In this document: in pieces, positions 8,010-15,894 of the stretch
Position numbering within the stretch: the stretch's first letter is position 1
Layout of the letters: every line of letters begins with the position of its first letter
Assembly: GCA_046729215.1 (NCBI GenBank)
Contig: JBKPGE010000076.1
Span: 1 to 44,465 of the forward strand
Reading direction: 5' to 3'
DNA from: Actinomycetota bacterium
GTDB taxonomy: Bacteria; Actinomycetota; Thermoleophilia; Gaiellales; Gaiellaceae
Length of the DNA: 44,465 bases
Program-made: the position numbers and the translations under genes
Notes under the pieces: generated by a model
The model's database searches: none
The model's input: the letters and a program-made list of their open reading frames with translations, nothing else
What the model was told of the DNA's origin: nothing

Positions 8010-9340
8010 CCGAGCTTGGCGAGCTCCTGAAAGAGCTCGCAGGCCGTGTTGATCGCGAGCGGAATGTGCTCGAGGAGGAGGCGCTCGTTCGGAGCGTGGA
8101 TGTTCCCCTCCGGCAGATCGAAGCCGGTCAGGACGGTGGGGATCCCCTTGTCGGCAAGCGCCGGGACGATCGGCAGCGTTCCGCCGACGCGAACCAGCAG
8201 CGGTCGCTTGCCGACGACGCGCTCGAAGGCATCTAGGGCCAGCTGAATGGCCGGCGCGTCCGGCGGGATGACGCCGGGTGACGCACTCGACCAGCGCTCG
8301 AGCTCGACGTCGGCGCCTTCCGGCGCCGCATCGCGGATGAGGCGCTCGAAGATCGGTGCGATCTCGTCTGGATCCTGGCCCGGCGCGAGGCGAATCGAGA
8401 CGTTCGCTTCCGCGGCCACGGGCAAGACGGTCTTCTGCAGGTGGGGCTCACCGCCCGCGATTCCGTTGACGTCGACGGCGGGCTCGGCCCAGGTGCGGAG
8501 GTAGAAATCGCCGGCCGCTCGGGTGTGCGCCGGTCGGGCGCCTCCCTCGGAGAGCACCTGCGCGCCGGGATCGAGCTTCTTCCAGGCGGCAAGTTCCTCC
8601 TCCCTTGGAGGATTGACGCCGGCACGCAGCTCCTCCGGCGGCAGCCCGTCCTCACCGGGGAGCACGCCGCGCAGCGTCTGCATCAGCGCGTGGTTGGCGT
8701 TGAGCGCGGCACCACCGAAGGTTCCCGAGTGCAGGTCGCGCCGGCCGGTCCTGACCGATAGGTGGAAGTAGACGAGGCCGCGAGTCGCGGTGTGGAACAC
8801 CGGTTCGCCGCGCCTGAGCATGGCGGAGTCGAAGACGACTGCGGCATCCGCCCCGCGCTCGTCGGCGGCGATGTAGTGGACGATCTGGTAGCCGCCCGTC
8901 TCCTCTTCGCCGTCGCAGACGAACCTGACGTTCACGGGCAGCTCGCCGGCCTCCGCGAGGTCGGCCGCGGCCTTGAGGAGCGTGTACAGCTGTCCCTTGT
9001 CGTCGGCCGTGCCGCGGCCGATGAGCCAGCCGTCCCGAATCGTCGGCTCGAACGGCGGCGACTTCCATTCGTCGAGCGGCGCGGCGGGCTGCACGTCGAA
9101 GTGGCCGTAGACGAGCACTGTGGGCACGTCCCCGCCGCCTGAGGCTGCAATTTCGCCGACGGCGAGCGGGAAGGTCGCAGTCTCGACCAGGTCGGCATCT
9201 CCGCCGGCACTGCGGATGAAGTCGCAGACCCACTCGGCCGCCCGGCGCACGTCGTCCGCGTGCTCGGGGTCGGCGCTGATGCTCTCGATGCGCAGAAGCT
9301 CGGAGAGCTCTTCCAGCCAGTCCGCGGGCAACTCAGACAT
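8006..9340 (-). CDS. M20 family dipeptidase/metallopeptidase
   Basis: Motifs: VYGHFDVQP, GRGTADDKGQ, DGEEETGG. The preferred start is ATG 9340 (MSELPADWLEEL); the ORF is open to 9394. Confidence 0.85.
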   Translation of the reverse strand: MSELPADWLEELSELLRIESISADPEHADDVRRAAEWVCDFIRSAGGDADLVETATFPLAVGEIAASGGGDVPTVLVYGHFDVQPAAPLDEWKSPPFEPTIRDGWLIGRGTADDKGQLYTLLKAAADLAEAGELPVNVRFVCDGEEETGGYQIVHYIAADERGADAAVVFDSAMLRRGEPVFHTATRGLVYFHLSVRTGRRDLHSGTFGGAALNANHALMQTLRGVLPGEDGLPPEELRAGVNPPREEELAAWKKLDPGAQVLSEGGARPAHTRAAGDFYLRTWAEPAVDVNGIAGGEPHLQKTVLPVAAEANVSIRLAPGQDPDEIAPIFERLIRDAAPEGADVELERWSSASPGVIPPDAPAIQLALDAFERVVGKRPLLVRVGGTLPIVPALADKGIPTVLTGFDLPEGNIHAPNERLLLEHIPLAINTACELFQELAKLG

Positions 9341-9467
9341 GGCGGCCGAGTCTATTGAGTCGCCGCGGAACGGGCTTTGCCCGTTCCGCCGCATCGGCTC
9401 ATCGAGGAGGAACCGTCCTTGCGATCCTGGGTAGCGCGGCGCAAAGCGTTGCCCGGCTCGAGAGGGT

Positions 9468-9493
9468 CGCTGAAAATCGTGAGATTTTCAGCG
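9468..9493 (-). terminator. Perfect 11-bp hairpin just downstream of the sigma factor gene
   Basis: CGCTGAAAATC-gtga-GATTTTCAGCG, starting 5 nt after the stop at 9498. The stem is unusually AT-rich for this sequence. Confidence 0.45.
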
Positions 9494-9497
9494 AAAC

Positions 9498-10604
9498 CTA
9501 GGCCACTCGGAGCTTCTGCGAGTCGGCGAGCGCTCGCAGCTTCTTCAGGCTCTGATTCTCGATCTGCCTGATCCGCTCGCGCGTCACCTGGAACGTCCGC
9601 CCGACCTCGTCGAGTGTCCGCGGCTGCTCGCCGTTGAGCCCGTAGCGCAGCTCCAGCACGCGGCGCTCCCGCTCGGACAACGTCCCGAGGATCTTCGTCA
9701 GCGCCTCACGCCGAAGCACGTCCTCGGTGAGCTCTTCCGGAAGCGGCGCCAGCTCGTCCGTGATGAAGTGCCCGAACTCGGACTCCTCGTCGTCCCCGAC
9801 CGGCTTCTCGAGCGAGACAGGAGTCTGAGCGCTTCTGCGAATCTGGTCGACCTCGTCCATCGAGAGATCCAGCTCGTGGGCAATCTCGACCGAGCTCGGC
9901 TCGCGACCGCGCTCCGCACGAAGCTTGCGCTCGGTTCTCATGATCTTGTTCAGCTTCTCGACGACGTGGACGGGCATGCGGATCGTCCGCGCCTTGTCGG
10001 CCAGAGCCCGTGCGACGGCCTGGCGGATCCACCACGTCGCGTAGGTGGAGAACTTGAAGCCCTTGCGGTGATCGAACTTCTCCGCGGCACGCACGAGCCC
10101 GATCGTTCCCTCCTGGATCAGGTCGAGGAACGGCAGCCCCTGGTTGCGGTAGCGCTTCGCGATCGAGACGACCAGCCGCAGGTTGGCCTCGACCATCTCC
10201 TGCTTCGCGCTATGGTCGCCCCGCTCGATCCGCTTCGCGAGCTCAATCTCTTGCGCCGCGGTGAGCAGCTTGACCTTGCCGATGTCCTTGAGGAAGAGCT
10301 GCAGCGCCTCGGTCGAGGCCTCGCGCTCTTCGGCGGCGCCGTCGGCATCCTCGTCGTCCTCCTGTTCGGTGGCGACGATCTCGATCTGGAGCTCCTCGAG
10401 CCGGTGATTGAAGTCGTCGATCTGCCCGGCTTCGAGCTCGAGCTCCTCCACGGCGACGGCCAGGTCCTCAGCGGACAGCTTCCCCGTCTCCTGGGCGCCC
10501 GCGATCAGGGTCTCTAAGACCCCCTCCGAGCTGGATTCCCGACTTGCCGCTTCCACTCGCACCACCGGCTCCCCTCGCTTGCCATGAGTCCGGTTCAACG
10601 GCAC
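9498..10604 (-). CDS. rpoD: RNA polymerase sigma-70 factor, primary-like (group 1/2)
   Basis: Regions 1.2 to 4 are recognisable: [81 protein letters not shown]. The exact GTG start is uncertain (10604, or GTGs near 10560). Confidence 0.9.
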   Translation of the reverse strand: MPLNRTHGKRGEPVVRVEAASRESSSEGVLETLIAGAQETGKLSAEDLAVAVEELELEAGQIDDFNHRLEELQIEIVATEQEDDEDADGAAEEREASTEALQLFLKDIGKVKLLTAAQEIELAKRIERGDHSAKQEMVEANLRLVVSIAKRYRNQGLPFLDLIQEGTIGLVRAAEKFDHRKGFKFSTYATWWIRQAVARALADKARTIRMPVHVVEKLNKIMRTERKLRAERGREPSSVEIAHELDLSMDEVDQIRRSAQTPVSLEKPVGDDEESEFGHFITDELAPLPEELTEDVLRREALTKILGTLSERERRVLELRYGLNGEQPRTLDEVGRTFQVTRERIRQIENQSLKKLRALADSQKLRVA

Positions 10605-10697
10605 CCGAACTATCCCTGCCTGCGGGAGTCTTCCATGTGCCCGACCCAGCCGCCATAGGCCGACCGGCCCATTTTTCGGTTCATGTGGTCCTATCTT

Positions 10698-11657
10698 TCA
10701 TTGGGGTTTTCGTACGTCTTCTAGACGGGACAAGAGCCGCTGAGCTTCCCTGGCAAGCGGAGATTTCTTCTGTTCAGCGGCGATTCGGAGCTGCCGTTTC
10801 GCCTCGTCGACCCGCCCCAACCAGAGCAACAGCAGCCCCACGTGGAAGCGCACGGTGGCGGCGCGCGGAAAGCGGCGCGTCAGCGGGCCGAGCCTGGAGA
10901 ACGCCCGTTCGGGATGCGCCTTCTCGAACCGGCCGACAGCGTCGGCGACCAGCGCCTCGGGGTCCCGCGGGGCCAGCCGCGCCGCCGTCGAGTACTGCCG
11001 CCGCGCCGAGATCGGCCGGTCGATGCGCTGCAGCGCGAGTCCGTAGAGGAGCTTGGCGTGAACGTCCCCCGATCGAGCCCGGCGTTCGAGGAGGGCGAGC
11101 TGTCGCTCCGGCGGCAGCGACGTGACGCTCCGGGCGGCACCGAAGCTCGGGACGAACGACGGCAGCCCAGGCGGAAACTGACGGAACAGCAGATCGTTGG
11201 AGCGGATCGCGTAGCCCGAGTCGGGATCGCGACCGCTCGCCTCCCGCCAGGCCGCAAGAGCGCCGTCGCGGTCGCCGTTCCAGAACCGGGCGAGCCCGAG
11301 GTGGAAGAGGACCGCGCCGCTCGCCGGGTGGTCCTCCGCCAACCCCTCTAGTCGGTCGAGGCTTCCATCGGGCCAGCTCGCGAGCGCCCGACCGACCTGC
11401 GCCTGGAGGGACTGATGCCCGGCCAGGAGCTGCCGTGCACGGGCTCGCTCGCCGGCCCGGTACATGCGGGCCGCGCGGCGCAGGGCGACCGCCTCCGGAC
11501 CCGTCCGCACTCCGAGGTCGACGACGAACGGCGGCACGCCCTTCGGGAGGGCGTCGGCCTCGTCGTAACCGCCCAGGAGCGCCGCGCCACCGATCACTCC
11601 GAGAGCGGCCGCCGCCGCCACCGCGGCGACGAGAATCAAGCGTGTACGCCGGGACAT
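10698..11657 (-). CDS. Membrane-anchored TPR-like repeat protein
   Basis: ATG 11657 gives MSRRTRLILVAAVAAAAALGVIGG (an N-terminal anchor), followed by helical repeats (..FHLGLARFWNGDRDGALAAW.., ..HVGLLLLWLGRVDEAKRQL..). The upstream part of the 535-aa ORF is run-on. Confidence 0.75.
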   Translation of the reverse strand: MSRRTRLILVAAVAAAAALGVIGGAALLGGYDEADALPKGVPPFVVDLGVRTGPEAVALRRAARMYRAGERARARQLLAGHQSLQAQVGRALASWPDGSLDRLEGLAEDHPASGAVLFHLGLARFWNGDRDGALAAWREASGRDPDSGYAIRSNDLLFRQFPPGLPSFVPSFGAARSVTSLPPERQLALLERRARSGDVHAKLLYGLALQRIDRPISARRQYSTAARLAPRDPEALVADAVGRFEKAHPERAFSRLGPLTRRFPRAATVRFHVGLLLLWLGRVDEAKRQLRIAAEQKKSPLAREAQRLLSRLEDVRKPQ

Positions 11658-12844
11658 CGGGCCATCACGGTAGCCCGAGCGCGCCTGGCTATCCTCACTG
11701 GATCGCAACTCCCGTCGACACCCGCGAGATCGCACCCGAGGAGGTGCAGGAGCACCTGACCGAGCCGGATGCGCCGCTGCTCGTCGACGTCCGTACCGAC
11801 CGCGAGCGACGCGTGGCGAACATCCCCGGCTCCGTGCACGTGCCCATGGCCGAGGTCGAAACGCGCCTACCGGAGGTCGCACCCGACCCGAGTCGGCCGA
11901 TCGTGACGTTCTGCGCGACCGGCAACCGGTCCCTGCGCATCCTCCCCACGCTGGCCGCGCTCGGCTACGACGATGCACGCTCGATGGCGGGCGGCATCGT
12001 CGCCTGGCAAGCCCTCGGCTACCCGACGGACTCCGCGAGCACGCTCGACGACGAGAAGATCGCGCGCTACAGCCGCCACCTGCTGATCCCCGAGGTCGGC
12101 CTCGAGGGGCAGCAGAAGCTGCTGGAGACCAGCATCCTCCTGATCGGTGCCGGCGGCCTCGGCTCGCCCGCTGCCCTCTATCTCGCCGCGGCCGGCGTCG
12201 GACGCATTGGGATCGTGGACGACGACCGCGTCGACGCTTCCAACCTCCAGCGTCAGGTCCTCCACTCGACCGCCGAGCTCGGAGACAGCAAGGCCGAGTC
12301 CGCACGGCGAACGATCGAGGACCTCAACCCCGACGTCGAGGTCGTCACTTACGAGGAGCGGCTGACCTCCGAGAACGTCGACCGGATCCTCAGCGAGGAC
12401 TGGGAGTTCGTCGTCGACGGCGCCGACAACTTCCCGACGCGCTACCTGCTGAACGACGCGTCCGTCTGGCACGGGATCCCCGTCGTGCACGGCTCGATCT
12501 ACCGCTTCGAGGGACAGGTGACCGTCTTCAAGCCGTATGAAGGGCCGTGCTACCGGTGTCTCTTCCCGCAGCCGCCGCCGCCCGAGCTGGCCCCGAGCTG
12601 CGCCGAGGGAGGCGTCCTGGGCGTGCTTCCCGGCGTGATCGGCTCGCTGCAGGCGAACGAGGCGCTCAAGCTGGCGCTCGACATCGGCGAGCCGCTGATC
12701 GGCCGGCTGCTGCTCTTCGACGCGCTGCCGACGCGCTTCGACGAGGTCAGCATCCGCCGCGACCCAAACTGCCCGGTCTGCGGCGACAACCCGACGATTA
12801 CCGAGTACATCGACTACGCGGACTTCTGCGGAGTGCCGGCATGA
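11642..12844 (+). CDS. Rhodanese-ThiF/MoeB fusion: sulfur-carrier adenylyltransferase/sulfurtransferase (MoeZ-like, reversed domain order)
   Basis: The N-terminal rhodanese has the active loop FCATGNRS. The ThiF domain has LLIGAGGLGSP and two CxxC pairs (CYRC, CPVC). The start is uncertain: GTG 11642 or GTG 11744. Confidence 0.85.
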   Translation: MYAGTSGHHGSPSAPGYPHWIATPVDTREIAPEEVQEHLTEPDAPLLVDVRTDRERRVANIPGSVHVPMAEVETRLPEVAPDPSRPIVTFCATGNRSLRILPTLAALGYDDARSMAGGIVAWQALGYPTDSASTLDDEKIARYSRHLLIPEVGLEGQQKLLETSILLIGAGGLGSPAALYLAAAGVGRIGIVDDDRVDASNLQRQVLHSTAELGDSKAESARRTIEDLNPDVEVVTYEERLTSENVDRILSEDWEFVVDGADNFPTRYLLNDASVWHGIPVVHGSIYRFEGQVTVFKPYEGPCYRCLFPQPPPPELAPSCAEGGVLGVLPGVIGSLQANEALKLALDIGEPLIGRLLLFDALPTRFDEVSIRRDPNCPVCGDNPTITEYIDYADFCGVPA

Positions 12845-13113
12845 CCACGGTTCGCATTCCGCCGACGCTGCGCGAGCAGACCGGCGGTGCTGCGGCGCTG
12901 GAGGCAGAGGGCGAGACCGTCCGTGACCTGCTCGACGACCTGACTGGCCGGTATCCGGCGCTTCGAGACCGGATCTACGACGAGGACGAGCTCGCCCGGT
13001 TCGTGAACGTCTACGTCGGAGGCGAGGACGTGCGGACGCGCGAGGGCCTCGACACGGCCGTGACGAACGGATCCACCGTCATCCTCCTGCCGGCGATGGC
13101 CGGTGGTCGCTAG
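12841..13113 (+). CDS. cysO: ThiS/MoaD-family sulfur carrier protein, CysO-like
   Basis: 90 aa: MTTVRIPPTLREQTGG...RFVNVYVGGEDVR...VILLPAMAGGR. The ATG overlaps the upstream TGA as ATGA. Confidence 0.8.
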   Translation: MTTVRIPPTLREQTGGAAALEAEGETVRDLLDDLTGRYPALRDRIYDEDELARFVNVYVGGEDVRTREGLDTAVTNGSTVILLPAMAGGR

Positions 13114-14032
13114 CTCGCTTCTCGGCCTGATCGGGCGTACGCCGCTCGTCCAGCTCCCGCGCCTCGCGCCCAAGCCCTCCGTCCACCTCTACGCGAAGCT
13201 GGAGGGTCAAAACCCGAGCGGCTCGATCAAGGACCGCGTCGCGCTCGCGATGATCGATGCCGCCGAGTCGTCGGGCGAGCTCGAGCCGGGGCGAGAGCTG
13301 CTGGAGCCGACATCGGGGAACACGGGGATCTCGCTGGCGCTGATCGCACGCCTGAAGGGCTACCGGCTGACCTGCGTCGTGCCCGAGAACGTGACCGAGG
13401 AGCGGCTGCGGCTGCTGCACCTCTACGGCGCGGAGATCATTCCCTCACCAGGCGTGGAAGGCTCGAACGGCGCGGTCCGGCTGGCCCTCGAGCTGGCCGA
13501 GCGCGAGCGGCGCTACTACCTGCCGTTCCAGTACGGGAACGAGGCCAACCCGCGCGCGCACTACGAGGGCACCGGCGCCGAGATCGCCGCCGACCTGGAG
13601 CACGTGGACGTCTTCGTCGCCGGGCTCGGGACCGGCGGCACGCTGATGGGCGCCGGCCGCCGGCTCCGCGGGTCGTTCCCAGACGTCGTCGTCGCGGCTG
13701 CCGAGCCACTCCCGGGCGACCCGGTCATGGGCCTGCGCTCGCTCGAGGACGGCTACGTGCCCCCGATCCTCGACGTTTCCCAGCTCGACCGGAAGCTGCT
13801 CGTGTCCAATGCTGAGGCGGTCGCCGGCATGCGCGCACTCCTCGAGGAGGAGGGGATCTTCGCCGGGGTCTCCTCGGGCGGCGTGATCCACGTCGCCCGC
13901 CGACTGGCGGAGGAGCTCGACGAGGGCATCGTCGTCACGGTATTGGCCGACGGCGGCTGGAAGTACCTGTCCGCCCCGCTTTGGGAGGCCGAGGACGTGG
14001 AGCGTGCGATGGAGAACGCCGTCTGGTGGTAG
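13103..14032 (+). CDS. cysM: PLP-dependent cysteine synthase (CysM type)
   Basis: Motifs: KLEGQNPSGSIKDR, PTSGNTGISLA, GLGTGGTLMG. The GTG start overlaps the cysO 3' end by 11 nt. Confidence 0.9.
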   Translation: MVASSLLGLIGRTPLVQLPRLAPKPSVHLYAKLEGQNPSGSIKDRVALAMIDAAESSGELEPGRELLEPTSGNTGISLALIARLKGYRLTCVVPENVTEERLRLLHLYGAEIIPSPGVEGSNGAVRLALELAERERRYYLPFQYGNEANPRAHYEGTGAEIAADLEHVDVFVAGLGTGGTLMGAGRRLRGSFPDVVVAAAEPLPGDPVMGLRSLEDGYVPPILDVSQLDRKLLVSNAEAVAGMRALLEEEGIFAGVSSGGVIHVARRLAEELDEGIVVTVLADGGWKYLSAPLWEAEDVERAMENAVWW

Positions 14033-14400
14033 TGCCCGAAGCCATCCGCGAGCAGCTCATCACACACGCGCAGTCGGAGGCGCCCAACGAGGCGTGCGGG
14101 CTCCTCGCGTTCCGCGACCAAGTGGCCGAGCGGTACCTCCCCGGCCAGAACACGGTTGCAAGCCCCTACCGGTTCGAGCTGCGGCCTGGTGATCCCGCGG
14201 ATTTCTTCCTGGAGGACGAGGGGTACGAGCTCGCCGTTTTCCATTCCCACCCCGAGACCGCGCCGCGCCCGTCACGCACGGACATCGAAAACATCGGGCT
14301 CTGGGAAGGACGGCCGTACCTGATCCTGGGGCTCGCGACCGGCGAGCTCGCCGGCTGGCGGATCCAGGACGGCCGCGTCGAACTACTCTCCCTCGAATGA
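14026..14400 (+). CDS. mec: JAMM/MPN+ metalloprotease (Mec-like)
   Basis: EACGLL plus FHSHPETAPRPSRTD, which fits the JAMM motif HxHx7Sx2D. GTG 14026 overlaps the cysM stop. Confidence 0.85.
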   Translation: MVVPEAIREQLITHAQSEAPNEACGLLAFRDQVAERYLPGQNTVASPYRFELRPGDPADFFLEDEGYELAVFHSHPETAPRPSRTDIENIGLWEGRPYLILGLATGELAGWRIQDGRVELLSLE

Positions 14401-15479
14401 GCGAAACCGTTGCGATCGTCGGCGCCGGGATCTTCGGCTCTTCGCTGGCGTACCGCCTTGCCCGCGACGGGTGGGACGTCACGCTGTACGAGCGCCACGA
14501 ACCGGGCCACGCCCGCGCTGCCTCGGCCGGCGAATCACGGTTGATCCGCTATTGCCACGGATCTAACGACTGGTATACGCGCTCGGCCTGGCGTGCCCGC
14601 GAGCTCTGGCGGGAGCTCGAAGCCGAGACGGGCCGGGAGCTTCTCGTGGAGTGCGGCGTCGCCTGGTTCGCCCGCTCCGACGACGGCTGGGAAGCGGAGA
14701 GTGAACAGGGCCTCCACCGCGAAGGAATTCCGGTGGAGCGCTTGTCGCCGGAGTCCGGGCGCGACCTCTTCCCGTCGTTCGAGCCCGGCGATCTCCGCTT
14801 CATCCTCTGGGAGCCGAACGCCGGTGTGCTCCGTGCGCGCGAGGCGACGCTGGCAACAGTCCAGGCCGGGTGCGGCGCCGGCGTGCGGCTCATACAGGAC
14901 GAAGCCAGCCCGGACACCGTCTCCGCTGATCTCGTCGTCTGGGCGTGCGGCGCCTGGCTACACGAGCTCCTAGACGTCCCGATGCGCATCACCAAGCAGG
15001 ACACTGTCTACTTCTCGGCCGACGGCTGGACGACGCCGAGGCTTCCGGCGTGGATCGACTACGACCGCCCGATCTACGGGCACGGCGACCTCGACGATCT
15101 CGGGATCAAGGTGGCACCGGACGCCGAAGGGCCCCCGTTCGATCCAGAGACCGGCGACCGCATGGTCTCGCCCGAGACCGAGGCAACCGCACGGGCGTAC
15201 CTGAGCGAACGATTCCCGGCGCTGAGCGACGCGCCGCTCAAAGGCGGAACGGTCTGCCAGTACGCGCTGACGACCGATACGAACTTCGTGATGGCGCCGC
15301 GACCGGGCAAGGAGAACGAGTGGATCCTCGGCGGCGGATCGGGCCACGGGTTCAAGCACGGCCCGTCCTTGGCCGAGTACGCCGCCCGGGTCGTGACCGG
15401 CCAGGAGGAGCCCTCAGAGCAGTTCGGGCTCGGTCCACGTGGGCGCGGACCGAGCCTTCGAACCGCCGGAACTACTTGA
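14397..15479 (+). CDS. FAD-dependent oxidoreductase, monomeric sarcosine oxidase (MSOX/DAO) family
   Basis: Motifs: VAIVGAGIFGSS, ASAGESRLIRYCHG, GTVCQYALT (matching the position of the covalent-FAD Cys in MSOX), GGGSGHGFKHGP. The start overlaps the mec stop as ATGA. Confidence 0.85.
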   Translation: MSETVAIVGAGIFGSSLAYRLARDGWDVTLYERHEPGHARAASAGESRLIRYCHGSNDWYTRSAWRARELWRELEAETGRELLVECGVAWFARSDDGWEAESEQGLHREGIPVERLSPESGRDLFPSFEPGDLRFILWEPNAGVLRAREATLATVQAGCGAGVRLIQDEASPDTVSADLVVWACGAWLHELLDVPMRITKQDTVYFSADGWTTPRLPAWIDYDRPIYGHGDLDDLGIKVAPDAEGPPFDPETGDRMVSPETEATARAYLSERFPALSDAPLKGGTVCQYALTTDTNFVMAPRPGKENEWILGGGSGHGFKHGPSLAEYAARVVTGQEEPSEQFGLGPRGRGPSLRTAGTT

Positions 15480-15831
15480 CCCTGAAGGTCCCCTTCATGC
15501 CGATGCTCCGATGCGGCGTGCAGTAGTAGGTGTACGTCCCCTTCTTCAGGGTGACGGTCACCGTCTTCGTGCCCATGAACGGCACGGTCGTGATCTTCTT
15601 GTTGCGGATGCCGGGGCCCGTCAGCACGAAGTCATGAGCAGTCGACTTGTCGCTGACGGAGATCGTGTACTTGCCCGGCTTGAGCGTCGTGACCTTCTTG
15701 CCGGCCTTCTTGAGCGTGATCGTGAAGCCCGGCCCTGTGGTGCCGGAGAGCTTGGTCGCGCTCAGGGCCGCAAACGCCGTCGGCGGCACGGCCAGCGCCA
15801 GCACTACTAAGAACGGAAGAAATCGTCGCAT
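15472..15831 (-). CDS. Secreted cupredoxin (type-1 copper, plastocyanin/azurin-like)
   Basis: Signal peptide MRRFLPFLVVLALAVPPTAFA. The copper-ligand pattern is AHDF ... YYCTPHRSIGM (H...C-x2-H-x4-M). Confidence 0.8.
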   Translation of the reverse strand: MRRFLPFLVVLALAVPPTAFAALSATKLSGTTGPGFTITLKKAGKKVTTLKPGKYTISVSDKSTAHDFVLTGPGIRNKKITTVPFMGTKTVTVTLKKGTYTYYCTPHRSIGMKGTFRVK

Positions 15832-15836
15832 TGACT

Positions 15837-15865
15837 CAACTCCTTGTTCGAGACACTTGGAGTTG
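15837..15865 (-). promoter_or_regulatory. Hairpin that pairs the cupredoxin Shine-Dalgarno sequence
   Basis: On the minus-strand RNA, CAACUCC-(15 nt)-GGAGUUG is followed by AGUCA and AUG. The 3' arm contains the GGAG SD, 8 nt from the start codon. Confidence 0.3.
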
Positions 15866-15894
15866 TACGTGACTACGGACTAGAACGGATGGTT

